From NCBI GenBank assembly GCA_037446635.1, contig JBBIIG010000088.1, forward strand, positions 1-14,105: DNA of 14,105 bases. The letters are read 5' to 3'. Below, in pieces: positions 14,036-14,105 of this stretch (within the stretch, counting starts at the first letter, position 1; the number at the start of each line of letters is the position of its first letter). The notes beneath the pieces were generated by a model, which had not been told where the DNA came from, did not search any database, and was given only the letters and a program-made list of their open reading frames with translations. A program made the position numbers and the translations under genes. This stretch comes from a bacterium (lineage in GTDB: Bacteria; Zhuqueibacterota; Zhuqueibacteria; Oceanimicrobiales; Oceanimicrobiaceae).

Positions 14036-14105
14036 GGAGTGCTGGAGTATTGGATTAATGGATTAATGGATTAATGGATTAATGGATTAATGGATTAATG
14101 GATTA
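14036..14105. repeat. Tandem 8-mer (GGATTAAT)n running off the window end
   Basis: ggagtgct ggagtatt, then six perfect GGATTAAT units (14052-14099) and a partial GGATTA. Confidence 0.97.

Noticed and set aside
6434..14105. CRISPR array or telomere-like interpretation of the repeats
   Set aside because: Units are 7-8 nt, contiguous and without unique spacers, they are dispersed between genes, and no cas genes are present.

Overview
Bacterial, moderately GC-rich window with two convergent blocks. On the + strand: the 3' end of an aspartate/ornithine carbamoyltransferase-family gene and a dihydropyrimidinase (hydA). On the - strand: an 11-gene co-oriented cluster (2099-13958). In transcription order it encodes a DM13-like exported protein, a GlcG/HbpS heme-binding+cupin fusion, a second GlcG protein, two SMP-30/gluconolactonases (one with an N-terminal sugar-binding-like domain), a cupin+ABM fusion, an NDH-2-type flavoprotein, an atypical aquaporin, a GMC oxidoreductase, a YHS-domain lipoprotein and an exported VOC protein. 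The most striking non-coding signal is that almost every intergenic spacer is filled with degenerate, phase-locked tandem repeats: 7-mers in the left half and 8-mers (GGATTAAT/GGAGTAAT) in the right half. They are arranged as inverted arms that can pair within a spacer, across a whole gene, or with the downstream ribosome-binding site. REP-like hairpins and a MITE-like palindromic element are also present. No rRNA, tRNA, CRISPR array or transposase was seen. All calls come from reading motifs by eye; no searches or folding were run.
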